This document shows positions 17,105 to 25,592 of a stretch of DNA of 32,447 nt, one piece after another; positions within the stretch are counted from its first letter, which is position 1; each line of letters starts with the position of its first letter. The position numbers and the translations under genes were made by a program. Source of the DNA: Lentimicrobiaceae bacterium (GTDB lineage: Bacteria; Bacteroidota; Bacteroidia; Bacteroidales; SKPS01); the NCBI GenBank assembly GCA_007119395.1, contig SKPS01000181.1, positions 1-32,447 of the forward strand, in the 5' to 3' direction. The notes under the pieces are model-generated. The model was not told the origin of the DNA. It saw only the letters and a list, made by a program, of their open reading frames with translations, and searched no databases.

Positions 17105-18151
17105 TTATCCCTGAACGGTTTGCAGCTCTTTGGCCCGGTTAAACCTGGTGATGTTCTCCACTACAATAAGCGTGATGACCGTAAGCAGTACTGCTGAAAA
17201 CATAGATACGGCAACGATAAGCCAACGGATGGGGTAGGCTTTCTTTTCAGCGCGGTAGGCCCTGTCAATTACAAACTTTTGTGGCACATTCGACTCGGCA
17301 TCCATCCTCGCTTTTTTATAGGCACGCCGCAAATTACTCAGGTTTTTCTTTTCAAACTCCAATGCATCCCTGATCGAAACGTAGGCACCACCATATGTGG
17401 CCAATAGATCCAGCTTCTCATTTAATGCGTTAATCCCAACCTGGTTTCTGCGGGCGATTTCGATGGCAAGCTGTTGGTTGATCATCTCTGCCTGCCGCTC
17501 ATAGTCATGTACACCAAGCTCACGTAACTTGCGCAACGAGTCTTCATCATCCCATATCGACTGCTCCATCTGACGTAACTCCTCCTTTACAATGAGCATC
17601 CCTTCGCGTGCACGCTGCTTCTGTATCGCATTGGTGAGGGTGTCATAATACTCTGTTATCTCGTTGGCAATCAACATAGCAGTATCAGGTGAATGATCCA
17701 TGACCCGGATTTCAACACCTTTATAATCAGTGCGCCGGAAACGAATGTTACTTCTATACTGCCGATGAAGCTCTGTCATGGCAAAACGTGACCTCGGGCT
17801 GATGTCATAGTGGTTCATCAGATCAAACTTTGCAACAATGTGGTCACGGATGGCACTTGAACTGAGAATCTGTATCATCTGCTCTGCCTCAGCCTCCTCA
17901 CCAAAAGACATCATGTCTTGCTTGCCTCCTGCTGTTTCATCTACCAACGCCCTGGATATCGAATTGGTTGCCGTAGGAAACAGAATGGCTGATGAACGAT
18001 ACTTCGGAGTGATAAAGGCAGGCCCCGAAAAAATCGCAGCCAAAATCCCTGCACCTAGCCCAGCTGCCAAAATGATCCATTTCCATTTCCAAAGAAACCA
18101 TAAAAAGTTCATCGAGTTGAAATCAAACTCCTGGTTTTGCTTATCTACCAT
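17105..18151 (-). CDS. Wzz-like polysaccharide chain-length determinant protein (PCP family, no kinase domain)
   Basis: 348 aa. The topology is an N-terminal TM helix (WKWIILAAGLGAGILAAIF), a long charged and probably coiled periplasmic region, and a C-terminal TM helix (WLIVAVSMFSAVLLTVITLIVV). This is the Wzz/GumC layout. It lies between a flippase gene and a ligase-family gene. Confidence 0.6.
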   Translation of the reverse strand: MVDKQNQEFDFNSMNFLWFLWKWKWIILAAGLGAGILAAIFSGPAFITPKYRSSAILFPTATNSISRALVDETAGGKQDMMSFGEEAEAEQMIQILSSSAIRDHIVAKFDLMNHYDISPRSRFAMTELHRQYRSNIRFRRTDYKGVEIRVMDHSPDTAMLIANEITEYYDTLTNAIQKQRAREGMLIVKEELRQMEQSIWDDEDSLRKLRELGVHDYERQAEMINQQLAIEIARRNQVGINALNEKLDLLATYGGAYVSIRDALEFEKKNLSNLRRAYKKARMDAESNVPQKFVIDRAYRAEKKAYPIRWLIVAVSMFSAVLLTVITLIVVENITRFNRAKELQTVQG

Positions 18152-18227
18152 AATCTACAGAGGTGTTTATTAAACGCGGTAAAATTAGAAAAAAATATCC
18201 GGATGCAGCTCTCATGTCTGATCACGA

Positions 18228-19682
18228 TCAACTGCCCGTCTCCTTGCGGATGATATACCAAAGCTCCTTCAGCCTGATCATCCGCAGAAGAAAAGAACAG
18301 GAAACCATGGCGATAGCAGACAGCCCCATTTGCACCAGCCAGCTGGCAGGCACATAACGCCCAACATACACAATAATTGTCAATGCAACCACAAAAGCAG
18401 CAAACCTCACCAAATCAATTGTAGAGGGATAGAGTTTAAAATCTTTCATGGAAACGAGTAGTTGTAAAATAGCTGCCAGCATAAGGGTGGAGCAACTTGC
18501 CAATGCCGAACCGGCCGCCTGGTAACGGGGGATCAATATCAGGTTCATGGTGATGTTAAGTGCCATGGCACTGGCAGCAATGATGTTGAGTGTGCGGAGG
18601 TTCCCATTGGCAGTAAGCAGTGTGCTGAAGATATACGATATGGAAAAGGCAACCAGACCCGGTATCAACAGCCTGAATACCCGGGCCGATTCTTCGGAAT
18701 GCTCCTTGTATAGCACACCCATGATCTCTTGACTGTACTGTAACGACAGCGCCACAATCACCAGAGAAAATACCAGCAGTAAAGGGAAGGCTATGCGGAT
18801 GATCAGAGAGTAATCCTCACGGTACTGCAGCATCTTGGCAAACATGGGCAATAACAACACGCTGAAAAGGTAGGGTACCATAATAAGAGCGTCGAGTAGG
18901 CGGAAAGCAGAAGCATAAATCCCGGCCTGTCGCAAACCATCCGGGTACGGTAAAAGTCGCTCGAGTAATACTGAATCAATCCGAAAATAGAACATCATCA
19001 ACAATACCAGTAAGGCATAAGGGAAGCTTTTTCGCAGAATCATAAGGATAAACAGACGATTCCAATACAACCTCCGGAAGGCAGCTTTGCGTATTACAAC
19101 AGACAGGGCTGCAATGGCTGCAATGAAATAGGAGACGGTCTGAAGCCAGGCAAAATGCTCGATTCTGAACTGTGGTGCATGTTGGGCACTATAGATAAGA
19201 TAGCCACACAAAATGATCATAATCAGCCTGTCGAGTACAGAAATGAAACTGTCGGTGCGGAACATCTGTAACCCCGCAATGTTGCTCCGCAGATAGAGAA
19301 TCAGTGCAATCAGAATCTGATTCAGCACCAGTACCATTAACAGATTCATCTGCCTGACACCATACCCTGCTAATAAACCGATTCCCAATGTGATGAGAGC
19401 GTACACCACCCCCAATAACAAACGCAATGTGATAATACCACTGAAGTGCTTGTTGAGCAAATGCCTGTGCTGAGATATGTTACGGTTGTTGTAATTGGTA
19501 ATGCCCAGATCAAGCACCATGTTAAACAGCATCGAGAAGTTAAAGATCGCAAAGAACAACCCATATTCCCCGGGACCCACCAGGTTCTGCACCCGCAAAT
19601 CAATCCCAAAGATATACACCGGCTTCACCAACAGGTTCAGCGACATCAGCAACAGCAGGTTGGTAAGAAACTTCCTTTGCAT
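18228..19682 (-). CDS. Oligosaccharide/polysaccharide flippase family protein (Wzx/MOP superfamily)
   Basis: 484 aa, almost entirely hydrophobic helices (about 12-14). The N-terminus FLTNLLLLMSLNLLVKPVYIFGIDLRVQN is typical of Bacteroidota 'polysaccharide biosynthesis protein' flippases. Confidence 0.72.
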   Translation of the reverse strand: MQRKFLTNLLLLMSLNLLVKPVYIFGIDLRVQNLVGPGEYGLFFAIFNFSMLFNMVLDLGITNYNNRNISQHRHLLNKHFSGIITLRLLLGVVYALITLGIGLLAGYGVRQMNLLMVLVLNQILIALILYLRSNIAGLQMFRTDSFISVLDRLIMIILCGYLIYSAQHAPQFRIEHFAWLQTVSYFIAAIAALSVVIRKAAFRRLYWNRLFILMILRKSFPYALLVLLMMFYFRIDSVLLERLLPYPDGLRQAGIYASAFRLLDALIMVPYLFSVLLLPMFAKMLQYREDYSLIIRIAFPLLLVFSLVIVALSLQYSQEIMGVLYKEHSEESARVFRLLIPGLVAFSISYIFSTLLTANGNLRTLNIIAASAMALNITMNLILIPRYQAAGSALASCSTLMLAAILQLLVSMKDFKLYPSTIDLVRFAAFVVALTIIVYVGRYVPASWLVQMGLSAIAMVSCSFLLRMIRLKELWYIIRKETGS

Positions 19683-19831
19683 GCCGCAAAGGTAAAAGGA
19701 GCATTTCGTTTAACAAACTTTTTTTATGCAAAACATTATTTTCATTGATCCAACACCGGCTTATCCACTTACTCAAGCACCTTAAGAAGCATCTCAGATA
19801 TTTGTTTGATATTTGCAAAAAAATTCTCTGT

Positions 19832-20980
19832 GTGAATATTGCTGTAAACACCCGACTTGTTCTTGATGGGAAGATGGATGGCATTGGTTGGTTTACCTAT
19901 GAGACCATGACCAGAATCGCATCCAATCACCCTGAACACCATTTTAGCTTCCTTTTTGACCGCTCCGTGTCCGGATCTTTGGTGTTCCCCAAAAACGTAG
20001 AGCCTGTGGTGGTTAGACCCGTTACAAGGCTGCCCATCCTGCTTGAATACTGGAATAACAGAGCCGTGCCGGCAAAACTGAAGAAATTACGCCCCGACAT
20101 ATATATATCCTCCGATGGTTTTATCCCACCAACCCTTGATATCCCTTCACTGGCAGTTATTCACGACCTTAACTTTGAACACTACCCCCATTTCCTGCCA
20201 AAAAAATACCGAAAAATTTACCAAAAGCGGCTGCGCCAATCAGCAAGAGCAGCCCATCGGGTGTTAACCGTTTCTGAGTTTTCGAAAGCAGACATATCCA
20301 AAACCTACGGTGTGCCTTTGTCTAAGATTGATGTGGTGTACTGTGGCTTGAACAGTTTTATTCACCCGGTTTCTGAGGAGCAGATTCTGGAAGAGAAGAT
20401 GAGGCTGGGGCTTCGTACCAGGTACTTCATTGTGGTGGGCACTCTCCACCCACGAAAAAACATTCATCGTACCATTGAGGCTTTTGGAAAATTTCGGGAG
20501 CGTCATGCGTCAGATTTTCAGTTGGTTTTTGCAGGCAACGACAAATGGTTTTCCGGTGAGATGAAGGACGCGTTGACACAGTGCCCCTACCGTGATGACA
20601 TTTTGTTTACCGGTCGGGTGGACGATTCTGTGATGAACCTCCTAGTCTCAGGAGCACATGCCATGGTATATGTTTCCCTTTTTGAGGGGTTTGGTATGCC
20701 TATTCTGGAGGCAGCCGCAGCCGGTATACCGGTTATCACCTCGAATAACACATCCATGAAAGAGATCGCTGCCGATACAGCACTGCTTGTTAATCCGTTC
20801 AATACCGATGAAATTGTTGATGCGATGAGGCGCCTGGCGGAAGACAATGCACTGTGTGATCAACTTGTGTCTGCATCGAAACACCTGCCGGCAAAGTACT
20901 CATGGGATAAATCAGCTGAACGGATATGGGAATCTGTTCTGACGGTCACTGCTAACCATGATGATACGACTCACCCCTGA
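19832..20980 (+). CDS. Glycosyltransferase family 4 (GT-B, 'glycosyl transferases group 1')
   Basis: The C-terminal motif is ..YVSLFEGFGMPILEAAAAGIPVITSNNTSMKEIA (the EX7E-type GT4 signature). The preferred start is GTG 19832, giving (M)NIAVNTRLVLDGKMDGIGWFTYE, the usual N-terminus of this family. The 29 codons upstream in the track ORF (from 19745) look non-coding. Confidence 0.82.
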   Translation: MNIAVNTRLVLDGKMDGIGWFTYETMTRIASNHPEHHFSFLFDRSVSGSLVFPKNVEPVVVRPVTRLPILLEYWNNRAVPAKLKKLRPDIYISSDGFIPPTLDIPSLAVIHDLNFEHYPHFLPKKYRKIYQKRLRQSARAAHRVLTVSEFSKADISKTYGVPLSKIDVVYCGLNSFIHPVSEEQILEEKMRLGLRTRYFIVVGTLHPRKNIHRTIEAFGKFRERHASDFQLVFAGNDKWFSGEMKDALTQCPYRDDILFTGRVDDSVMNLLVSGAHAMVYVSLFEGFGMPILEAAAAGIPVITSNNTSMKEIAADTALLVNPFNTDEIVDAMRRLAEDNALCDQLVSASKHLPAKYSWDKSAERIWESVLTVTANHDDTTHP

Positions 20981-21425
20981 GAATGGTGAATCCACGGTAT
21001 AACTGTTCAACGAAAAAGAGCCGCACCATCTGGTGCGAAAAGGTTAACTGTGACAGAGAAAGCTTGTCGTGGCATGCTTTGTACACCGCATCGCTGAAAC
21101 CGTAAGCACCCCCCACTACAAAAGCGATACGCCGTGTTCCACGGTTCATATGTTGTTGAAGGTATTGGGCAACACCCGGTGAATCCATCTGCCTGCCGGA
21201 TGCGTCCAACAAAACCAATACATCATAATCGGCTGCACGCTTCAGTATTACCCCCCCCTCAATCTCTACCTGCTGATTGATCGGTAAAGAGGTGGTGCGT
21301 GATGGAACACTGACCTCTTTCAATGCAAATCGGGTGTAGTGCGAAAGCCTGTCAACATATTTTTTGATGCCCGCCTGAAGCCACTTCTCCTGCGTCTTAC
21401 CGATACATAGTAAATCAATCTTCAT
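20952..21425 (-). CDS. rlmH: 23S rRNA (pseudouridine1915-N3)-methyltransferase RlmH (SPOUT family)
   Basis: The start is taken at MKIDLLCIGKT (ATG 21425). The tail RIAFVVGGAYGFSDAV...LSLSQLTFSHQMVRLFFVEQLYRGFTILRGESYHH matches the conserved RlmH C-terminus. At 157 aa it has the standard size. Confidence 0.9.
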   Translation of the reverse strand: MKIDLLCIGKTQEKWLQAGIKKYVDRLSHYTRFALKEVSVPSRTTSLPINQQVEIEGGVILKRAADYDVLVLLDASGRQMDSPGVAQYLQQHMNRGTRRIAFVVGGAYGFSDAVYKACHDKLSLSQLTFSHQMVRLFFVEQLYRGFTILRGESYHHG

Positions 21426-21525
21426 GCTGTTAATATTGATGCTGCAAAATAACAAATCCTTTCCGATTGATCTGCTATAAAATACCACCATGTGAACCCG
21501 ATTTTTTCGGGCATAAAAATTGATG

Positions 21526-21533
21526 TATCTTTG
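21526..21533 (+). promoter_or_regulatory. Candidate -7 promoter box for the DUF4783/nadC/yihY plus-strand block
   Basis: TATCTTTG is a perfect TAnnTTTG match in the rlmH/DUF4783 divergent intergenic region. A T-rich stretch lies about 20 nt upstream. Confidence 0.3.
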
Positions 21534-21624
21534 ACCCTTGTTCTCAGCGTTAATCTTTATGGTTCGTCGTTTTTGAACAGGGAACAACACAACAAGGAAT
21601 CTGCTATTGGTTAAACAACACAAG

Positions 21625-22032
21625 ATGAAATCTCTGAAGGTATTTTTGGCAATCATTGTTCTAACGGCAGTGATGGGTTTTTATAATGACCCAAACAACA
21701 CCTGGAATGCAGTGAACCGGGCAATTTCCGGTGGGAATGCTGCGCAGTTGGCACAACATTTCCCTGCAACAGTTGCCTTGTCATTGCCCTCCCGAAAGGG
21801 GAACTTCAGCACTGCACAGGCCAGATCCATTATGCAGGCTTTCTTTCGCGACCATCCGCCTGCCTCATTTACCGTGCACAGTTCTGGTCAAACTACGAAA
21901 GGAGGGCGATTCCATTTGGGAACATATGTCACAAACAAAGGGGTGAACTTCTCAGTCTATGTTCTGCTGCAGCCCGATCCTAAGAAGAATAACAAAGAGT
22001 ATGTAAGCCGTTTAACTTTTGAACTCAAATAA
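21625..22032 (+). CDS. Small secreted protein, DUF4783-like
   Basis: The start is taken at MKSLKVFLAIIVLTAVMGF (signal-like). The pattern ...AISGGNAAQLAQHF...V.L.L......FS.AQA..IMQAFF..HPP.SFTV.HSG....G.....G.Y.T....F.VYVLL... resembles my recollection of Bacteroidota DUF4783 proteins. This is a family assignment from memory only. Confidence 0.55.
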   Translation: MKSLKVFLAIIVLTAVMGFYNDPNNTWNAVNRAISGGNAAQLAQHFPATVALSLPSRKGNFSTAQARSIMQAFFRDHPPASFTVHSSGQTTKGGRFHLGTYVTNKGVNFSVYVLLQPDPKKNNKEYVSRLTFELK

Positions 22033-22051
22033 CAACAGCGCATTGTAAGCA

Positions 22052-22885
22052 ATGGATATATCCGAAATCATCAGAATGGCAATTCAGGAGGATGTAGGTT
22101 ACGGAGACCACACCTCTTTGGCCACCATACCTCCGGAGGCGAAAGGACATGCTGTGATACTGGCACGACAGGAGGGCGTATTGGCAGGGCTGCCATTCGC
22201 TGTAGAGGTGTTTCGTCAGGTCAACCCGGGGCTGGAAACCAGAACCCTGATCAATGACGGGGCCACCATTACACCGGGAACAGTTATTTGTGAACTGCTT
22301 GGCCCTACCAGAGCCATTGTGTCAGGAGAACGACTTGCACTGAATCTGTTGCAGCGACTCAGTGGTATCGCGACCTACACACGCATGCTCACCGAAAAAA
22401 TCAAGGCTTATCCGGCAAAGCTCCTTGACACACGCAAGACCACACCCCTTTTGCGCAGCATGGAGAAATATGCGGTGCGTACCGGCGGTGGTACCAACCA
22501 CCGGATGGGACTCTACGATATGGTCATGATCAAAGACAATCATGTTGACTATGCCGGAGGGATTCAACCAGCCATACAACGTGTCAATGAATACCTGAAA
22601 AGTCATCAGCTTAACCTCCCCATCGAAATTGAAGTGAGATCTTTGCAAGAGCTCAACGATGTATTGACATATGGACAGGTGAACAGAATCATGCTGGATA
22701 ACTTCACCCCGGAGCTGCTGAAACAGGCGGTACAAACAATCGATCATCGGTATGAAACAGAAGCCTCCGGAGGTATTACCGAGGGAAATATCGTGCAATA
22801 TGCCGCCACCGGGGTTGACTATATCTCTGTTGGCGCTTTAACACACCAGATCAGAAGTCTTGACATCAGCCTGAAAGCACGCTGA
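22052..22885 (+). CDS. nadC: Nicotinate-nucleotide diphosphorylase (carboxylating), quinolinate phosphoribosyltransferase
   Basis: 277 aa. Motifs: EDVGYGDHTS, ERLALNLLQRLSGIAT, LLDTRKTTPLLR..EKYAVRTGGGTNHRMGLYDMVMIKDNH, EASGGIT. Confidence 0.92.
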   Translation: MDISEIIRMAIQEDVGYGDHTSLATIPPEAKGHAVILARQEGVLAGLPFAVEVFRQVNPGLETRTLINDGATITPGTVICELLGPTRAIVSGERLALNLLQRLSGIATYTRMLTEKIKAYPAKLLDTRKTTPLLRSMEKYAVRTGGGTNHRMGLYDMVMIKDNHVDYAGGIQPAIQRVNEYLKSHQLNLPIEIEVRSLQELNDVLTYGQVNRIMLDNFTPELLKQAVQTIDHRYETEASGGITEGNIVQYAATGVDYISVGALTHQIRSLDISLKAR

Positions 22886-22898
22886 AAAGAAACACAAC

Positions 22899-23813
22899 AT
22901 GTGGTACCGGATCTATATTCGATGGCTGAGAAGTAAAATCAATAGAAGGCTTATCCGTATCATGATCCCGGGTGGTCAAGGGATCAGCCTTTATACAGTG
23001 GTGTCATACTTTAAAGCGGCCGTCTCATCGGGAAGCCTTAACACAAGAGCCGCTGCCATCTCTTTCAAATTCTTCCTCGCCATATTTCCGGGTATCATCT
23101 TCCTTTTTACAATCATCCCTCTGGTTCCTATTGCCAACTTTCAGGCTAACCTGATGCTGATGCTACAGGAGGCAATCCCCGAAATGCTCTACCCACTACT
23201 TGAAAACACCATTGAAGATATCGTGAGCCGGCGCCATGCAGGCCTGCTCTCAATCGGATTCTTCCTTGCACTGTGGTTTAGCTCAAGCAGCTTTATCAGC
23301 ATGATCTCGTCGTTTAACCAGTCAATCAACATAGAAGAAACCCGTACCCCCTTTCAGCAACGCGTGGTAAGCCTGCTCCTGATGATTGGCTCAACAGTGT
23401 TGGTTATCATCGCCATAGCCATTATGGCAATTGGACAAGACACCCTGGATTGGCTAACACAAGAGGGTTATCTCTCTACACATAATATATACCGTGTGAT
23501 TCAGACCAGTAGATGGTTCCTGCTGGGTACCATCATCTACATCACCATCTCAGGGATCTACTACTTCGCCCCGGCCAACAACAGCAAGTTCAGGTTTTTC
23601 TCTTCCGGATCCCTGATTGCAACACTCCTGTTGATGGTTACCGCATGGGGATTCGGTGCGTTTGTGCAGTATTTCTCCGCACACAATGCTGTTTATGGGT
23701 CAGTGGGTACACTGTTGCTTACGCTCCTTTATATATTCTATAATGCTACCATTCTTCTCGTGGGCTTTGAACTGAACGCCAGCATACATATGGCACAAAA
23801 ACGGTGTGGTTGA
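22899..23813 (+). CDS. YihY/BrkB-family inner membrane protein
   Basis: 304 aa with six hydrophobic helices. Characteristic blocks are ..AAAISFKFFLAIFPGIIFL.. near the N-terminus and ..YGSVGTLLLTLLYIFYNATILLVGFELNA.. at the C-terminus. Confidence 0.8.
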   Translation: MWYRIYIRWLRSKINRRLIRIMIPGGQGISLYTVVSYFKAAVSSGSLNTRAAAISFKFFLAIFPGIIFLFTIIPLVPIANFQANLMLMLQEAIPEMLYPLLENTIEDIVSRRHAGLLSIGFFLALWFSSSSFISMISSFNQSINIEETRTPFQQRVVSLLLMIGSTVLVIIAIAIMAIGQDTLDWLTQEGYLSTHNIYRVIQTSRWFLLGTIIYITISGIYYFAPANNSKFRFFSSGSLIATLLLMVTAWGFGAFVQYFSAHNAVYGSVGTLLLTLLYIFYNATILLVGFELNASIHMAQKRCG

Positions 23814-23866
23814 GGTAGCACCACAATGTCACATCAAAAACAACAACAATATCACCCGTAAATGAT

Positions 23867-24460
23867 ATGACGGACCAAGATCATCTGATCATAAAACTAA
23901 AAAGTGGCGATGAGTCTGCTTATCGCTGGTTGATAGAGACATATCATACCCGGGTGATCAGTTTGTGCAATCAATATTTGCATGATCCGGCTGAAGCAGA
24001 AGATCTTGCACAGGATGTTTTTGTAGAGGTCATTGAGTCCATTCATCGTTTTCGGGGTGATGCTGCCATCGCCACCTGGATATACCGCATAGCGGTCAAC
24101 AAGTCACTCAACAGAAGGAAACGTTTGGCCCGGAAGAAAAGGCTGTTTCCTGGAACCGACTCCTCCGGCGTACATGAAACCGAACAAACTGTGACAAGCA
24201 CAGGTTCAGATGCACAACAGCGGCCTGATCACCAGATGGAGCAGGAAGAGGATCGAAAAGCACTCAAACAGGCCATCGATAAACTTCCCGAAAATCAACG
24301 AACTGCCTTTTTACTCAGCAAGTATGAAGAGTTGCCCTACAAAGAGATCGCCGAAGTGATGAATACTTCTTTGTCGGCCGTTGAGTCGCTGCTGTTCAGG
24401 GCACGACTGAACCTGCAGAAACACCTTAAGCACTATCTGGAGAAGAATATGCAAACATAA
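23867..24460 (+). CDS. ECF-type RNA polymerase sigma-70 family factor
   Basis: Region 2 is DLAQDVFVEVIESIHRFRGDAAIATWIYRIAVNKSLN. Region 4 is LPENQRTAFLLSKYEELPYKEIAEVMNTSLSAVESLLFRARLNLQKHL. No region 3 is present, and the two regions are joined by an unusually long charged linker. Confidence 0.85.
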   Translation: MTDQDHLIIKLKSGDESAYRWLIETYHTRVISLCNQYLHDPAEAEDLAQDVFVEVIESIHRFRGDAAIATWIYRIAVNKSLNRRKRLARKKRLFPGTDSSGVHETEQTVTSTGSDAQQRPDHQMEQEEDRKALKQAIDKLPENQRTAFLLSKYEELPYKEIAEVMNTSLSAVESLLFRARLNLQKHLKHYLEKNMQT

Positions 24461-24514
24461 CAGCAAGTTTTTTGGTCTATAGTTGTCAAAACAATGTTAT
24501 AATACCCTTTCACA

Positions 24515-24955
24515 ATGCGTTGCAGTAGTACCTCTGATAAAATATTGCTCTACCTCGACCGGGATCTCCCTGACGAGGAGATGAAAAGTATGGCGGTTCA
24601 TCTTGCGGAGTGTGCTGATTGCCAAAAAGTTTTTGAGGCATCGTCACGCATATACCGGGTGATTGAAACAGACAGGGTTGAGCCGGATCGCCCTTATTTT
24701 TTCAACCGGGTGATGGCCAGGCTGGAGCATCGTGCTGCTGAACCGGCTATCAACTGGTTCAGGCTGAGGCCTGTATGGCTTGCTGCAGCCACCGTTGTGC
24801 CACTCATGATAGGGATATGGTTCGGATATTCGTCATATCAGCAACAGACACTCGATCAACAGGCTGGTCAGCTTGCCTCTGAGATTCATGTGCTGCTTAC
24901 AATACCCGGCTATGCCAGCCTTGAAGAGTACAGCGCTGCAACCGGGTTAGACTAA
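24515..24955 (+). CDS. Anti-sigma factor, zinc-finger (zf-HC2 / ZAS-type) with one TM helix
   Basis: 146 aa. The HLAECADC motif (H-x3-C-x2-C) lies in the N-terminal ~40 aa, and there is a single TM helix (VWLAAATVVPLMIGIWFGY). The gene lies immediately downstream of the ECF sigma gene. Confidence 0.65.
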   Translation: MRCSSTSDKILLYLDRDLPDEEMKSMAVHLAECADCQKVFEASSRIYRVIETDRVEPDRPYFFNRVMARLEHRAAEPAINWFRLRPVWLAAATVVPLMIGIWFGYSSYQQQTLDQQAGQLASEIHVLLTIPGYASLEEYSAATGLD

Positions 24956-24991
24956 TACAATACGTAGAATTACTAATTAAGAAATGGGATC

Positions 24992-25585
24992 ATGTTAAGC
25001 AAAAGACAATTCAATCTACTGGTATATCTGATGGTGGCATTGTTGGTTTTGAATCTATCGGCCATTGGAACCCTCCTGTGGCTGAGGTCAAAGCCAGCCA
25101 CTCCTACCTTTAAAGAGTGTACGGTATCTGATAAATACAAAAGGCACTCATTCAGAAAGTACGATGAGAAAATACAAGAGCGTGTTGGATTCGACGAAGC
25201 ACAGATGGAAGCTTTTAGGGCATTGCGAGCTGCCCATTTCGAAGAGATCAGAAGCATCACCCGCGAGATCCACCAAACACGACAACTCCACTTTGCCACC
25301 ATAAGAAAGGCACCACCTGAAGTCAGGAAGCTTGACTCTTTGAACAACAGGGTAGGGGTATTGCACCAACAATGGTCTGAAAGCACAACCCGCTTTTTAA
25401 TGGATGCAGTTGAAATCAGCACCCCCGAACAGAGAGAAGCTCTTTTTGACTTGCTGGAGGAGGGTCACAAGAGATTTGCTTCCAGAAGAAGAGCGATCCA
25501 TGGTCAACACAATCCCCATGCACCGGGCGGAAGCTGCTCCGACACCCCCGCCATTAAATCGGGCAGGCGCTGCTCTAATGAATGA
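24992..25585 (+). CDS. Membrane-anchored Spy/CpxP-like periplasmic protein ('periplasmic heavy metal sensor' family)
   Basis: 197 aa with an N-terminal TM anchor (LLVYLMVALLVLNLSAIGTLLWL). Two helical LTxxQ-like repeats follow (FDEAQMEAFRALRAAH..., STPEQREALFDLLEE). It is the third gene of the ECF unit. The assignment is by pattern only. Confidence 0.5.
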   Translation: MLSKRQFNLLVYLMVALLVLNLSAIGTLLWLRSKPATPTFKECTVSDKYKRHSFRKYDEKIQERVGFDEAQMEAFRALRAAHFEEIRSITREIHQTRQLHFATIRKAPPEVRKLDSLNNRVGVLHQQWSESTTRFLMDAVEISTPEQREALFDLLEEGHKRFASRRRAIHGQHNPHAPGGSCSDTPAIKSGRRCSNE

Positions 25586-25592
25586 ACACTCT

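Noticed and set aside
19745-19831. 29-codon N-terminal extension of the GT4 ORF (ATG 19745)
   Set aside because: The extension (MIQHRLIHLLKHLKKHLRYLFDICKKILC) is AT-rich and basic with low complexity. The family N-terminus (M)NIAVNTR... begins at the in-frame GTG at 19832. This remains uncertain without homologue alignment.
21426-21656. 77-codon N-terminal extension of the rlmH ORF in the track (start at 21656)
   Set aside because: RlmH proteins are about 155-160 aa and begin at the MKIxLxxxGK motif found at 21425. The extension runs through the divergent promoter region and overlaps the DUF4783 gene start.
23814-23866. Possible autoregulated ECF promoter (AAC-N15-CGTAAA) just upstream of the ECF sigma gene
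   Set aside because: The -35-like element is only AAC within an A/C-rich run. The spacing is one or two nt short of the usual 16-17. The -10-like CGT sits so close to the ATG that the mRNA would be essentially leaderless. This is too weak to call without knowing the ECF group consensus.
24973-25422. 149-aa minus-strand ORF overlapping the Spy/CpxP-like gene
   Set aside because: The plus-strand frame gives a TM anchor plus LTxxQ-like helical repeats and fits the operon direction. The minus-strand product is Cys/Ser/Leu-rich without features.
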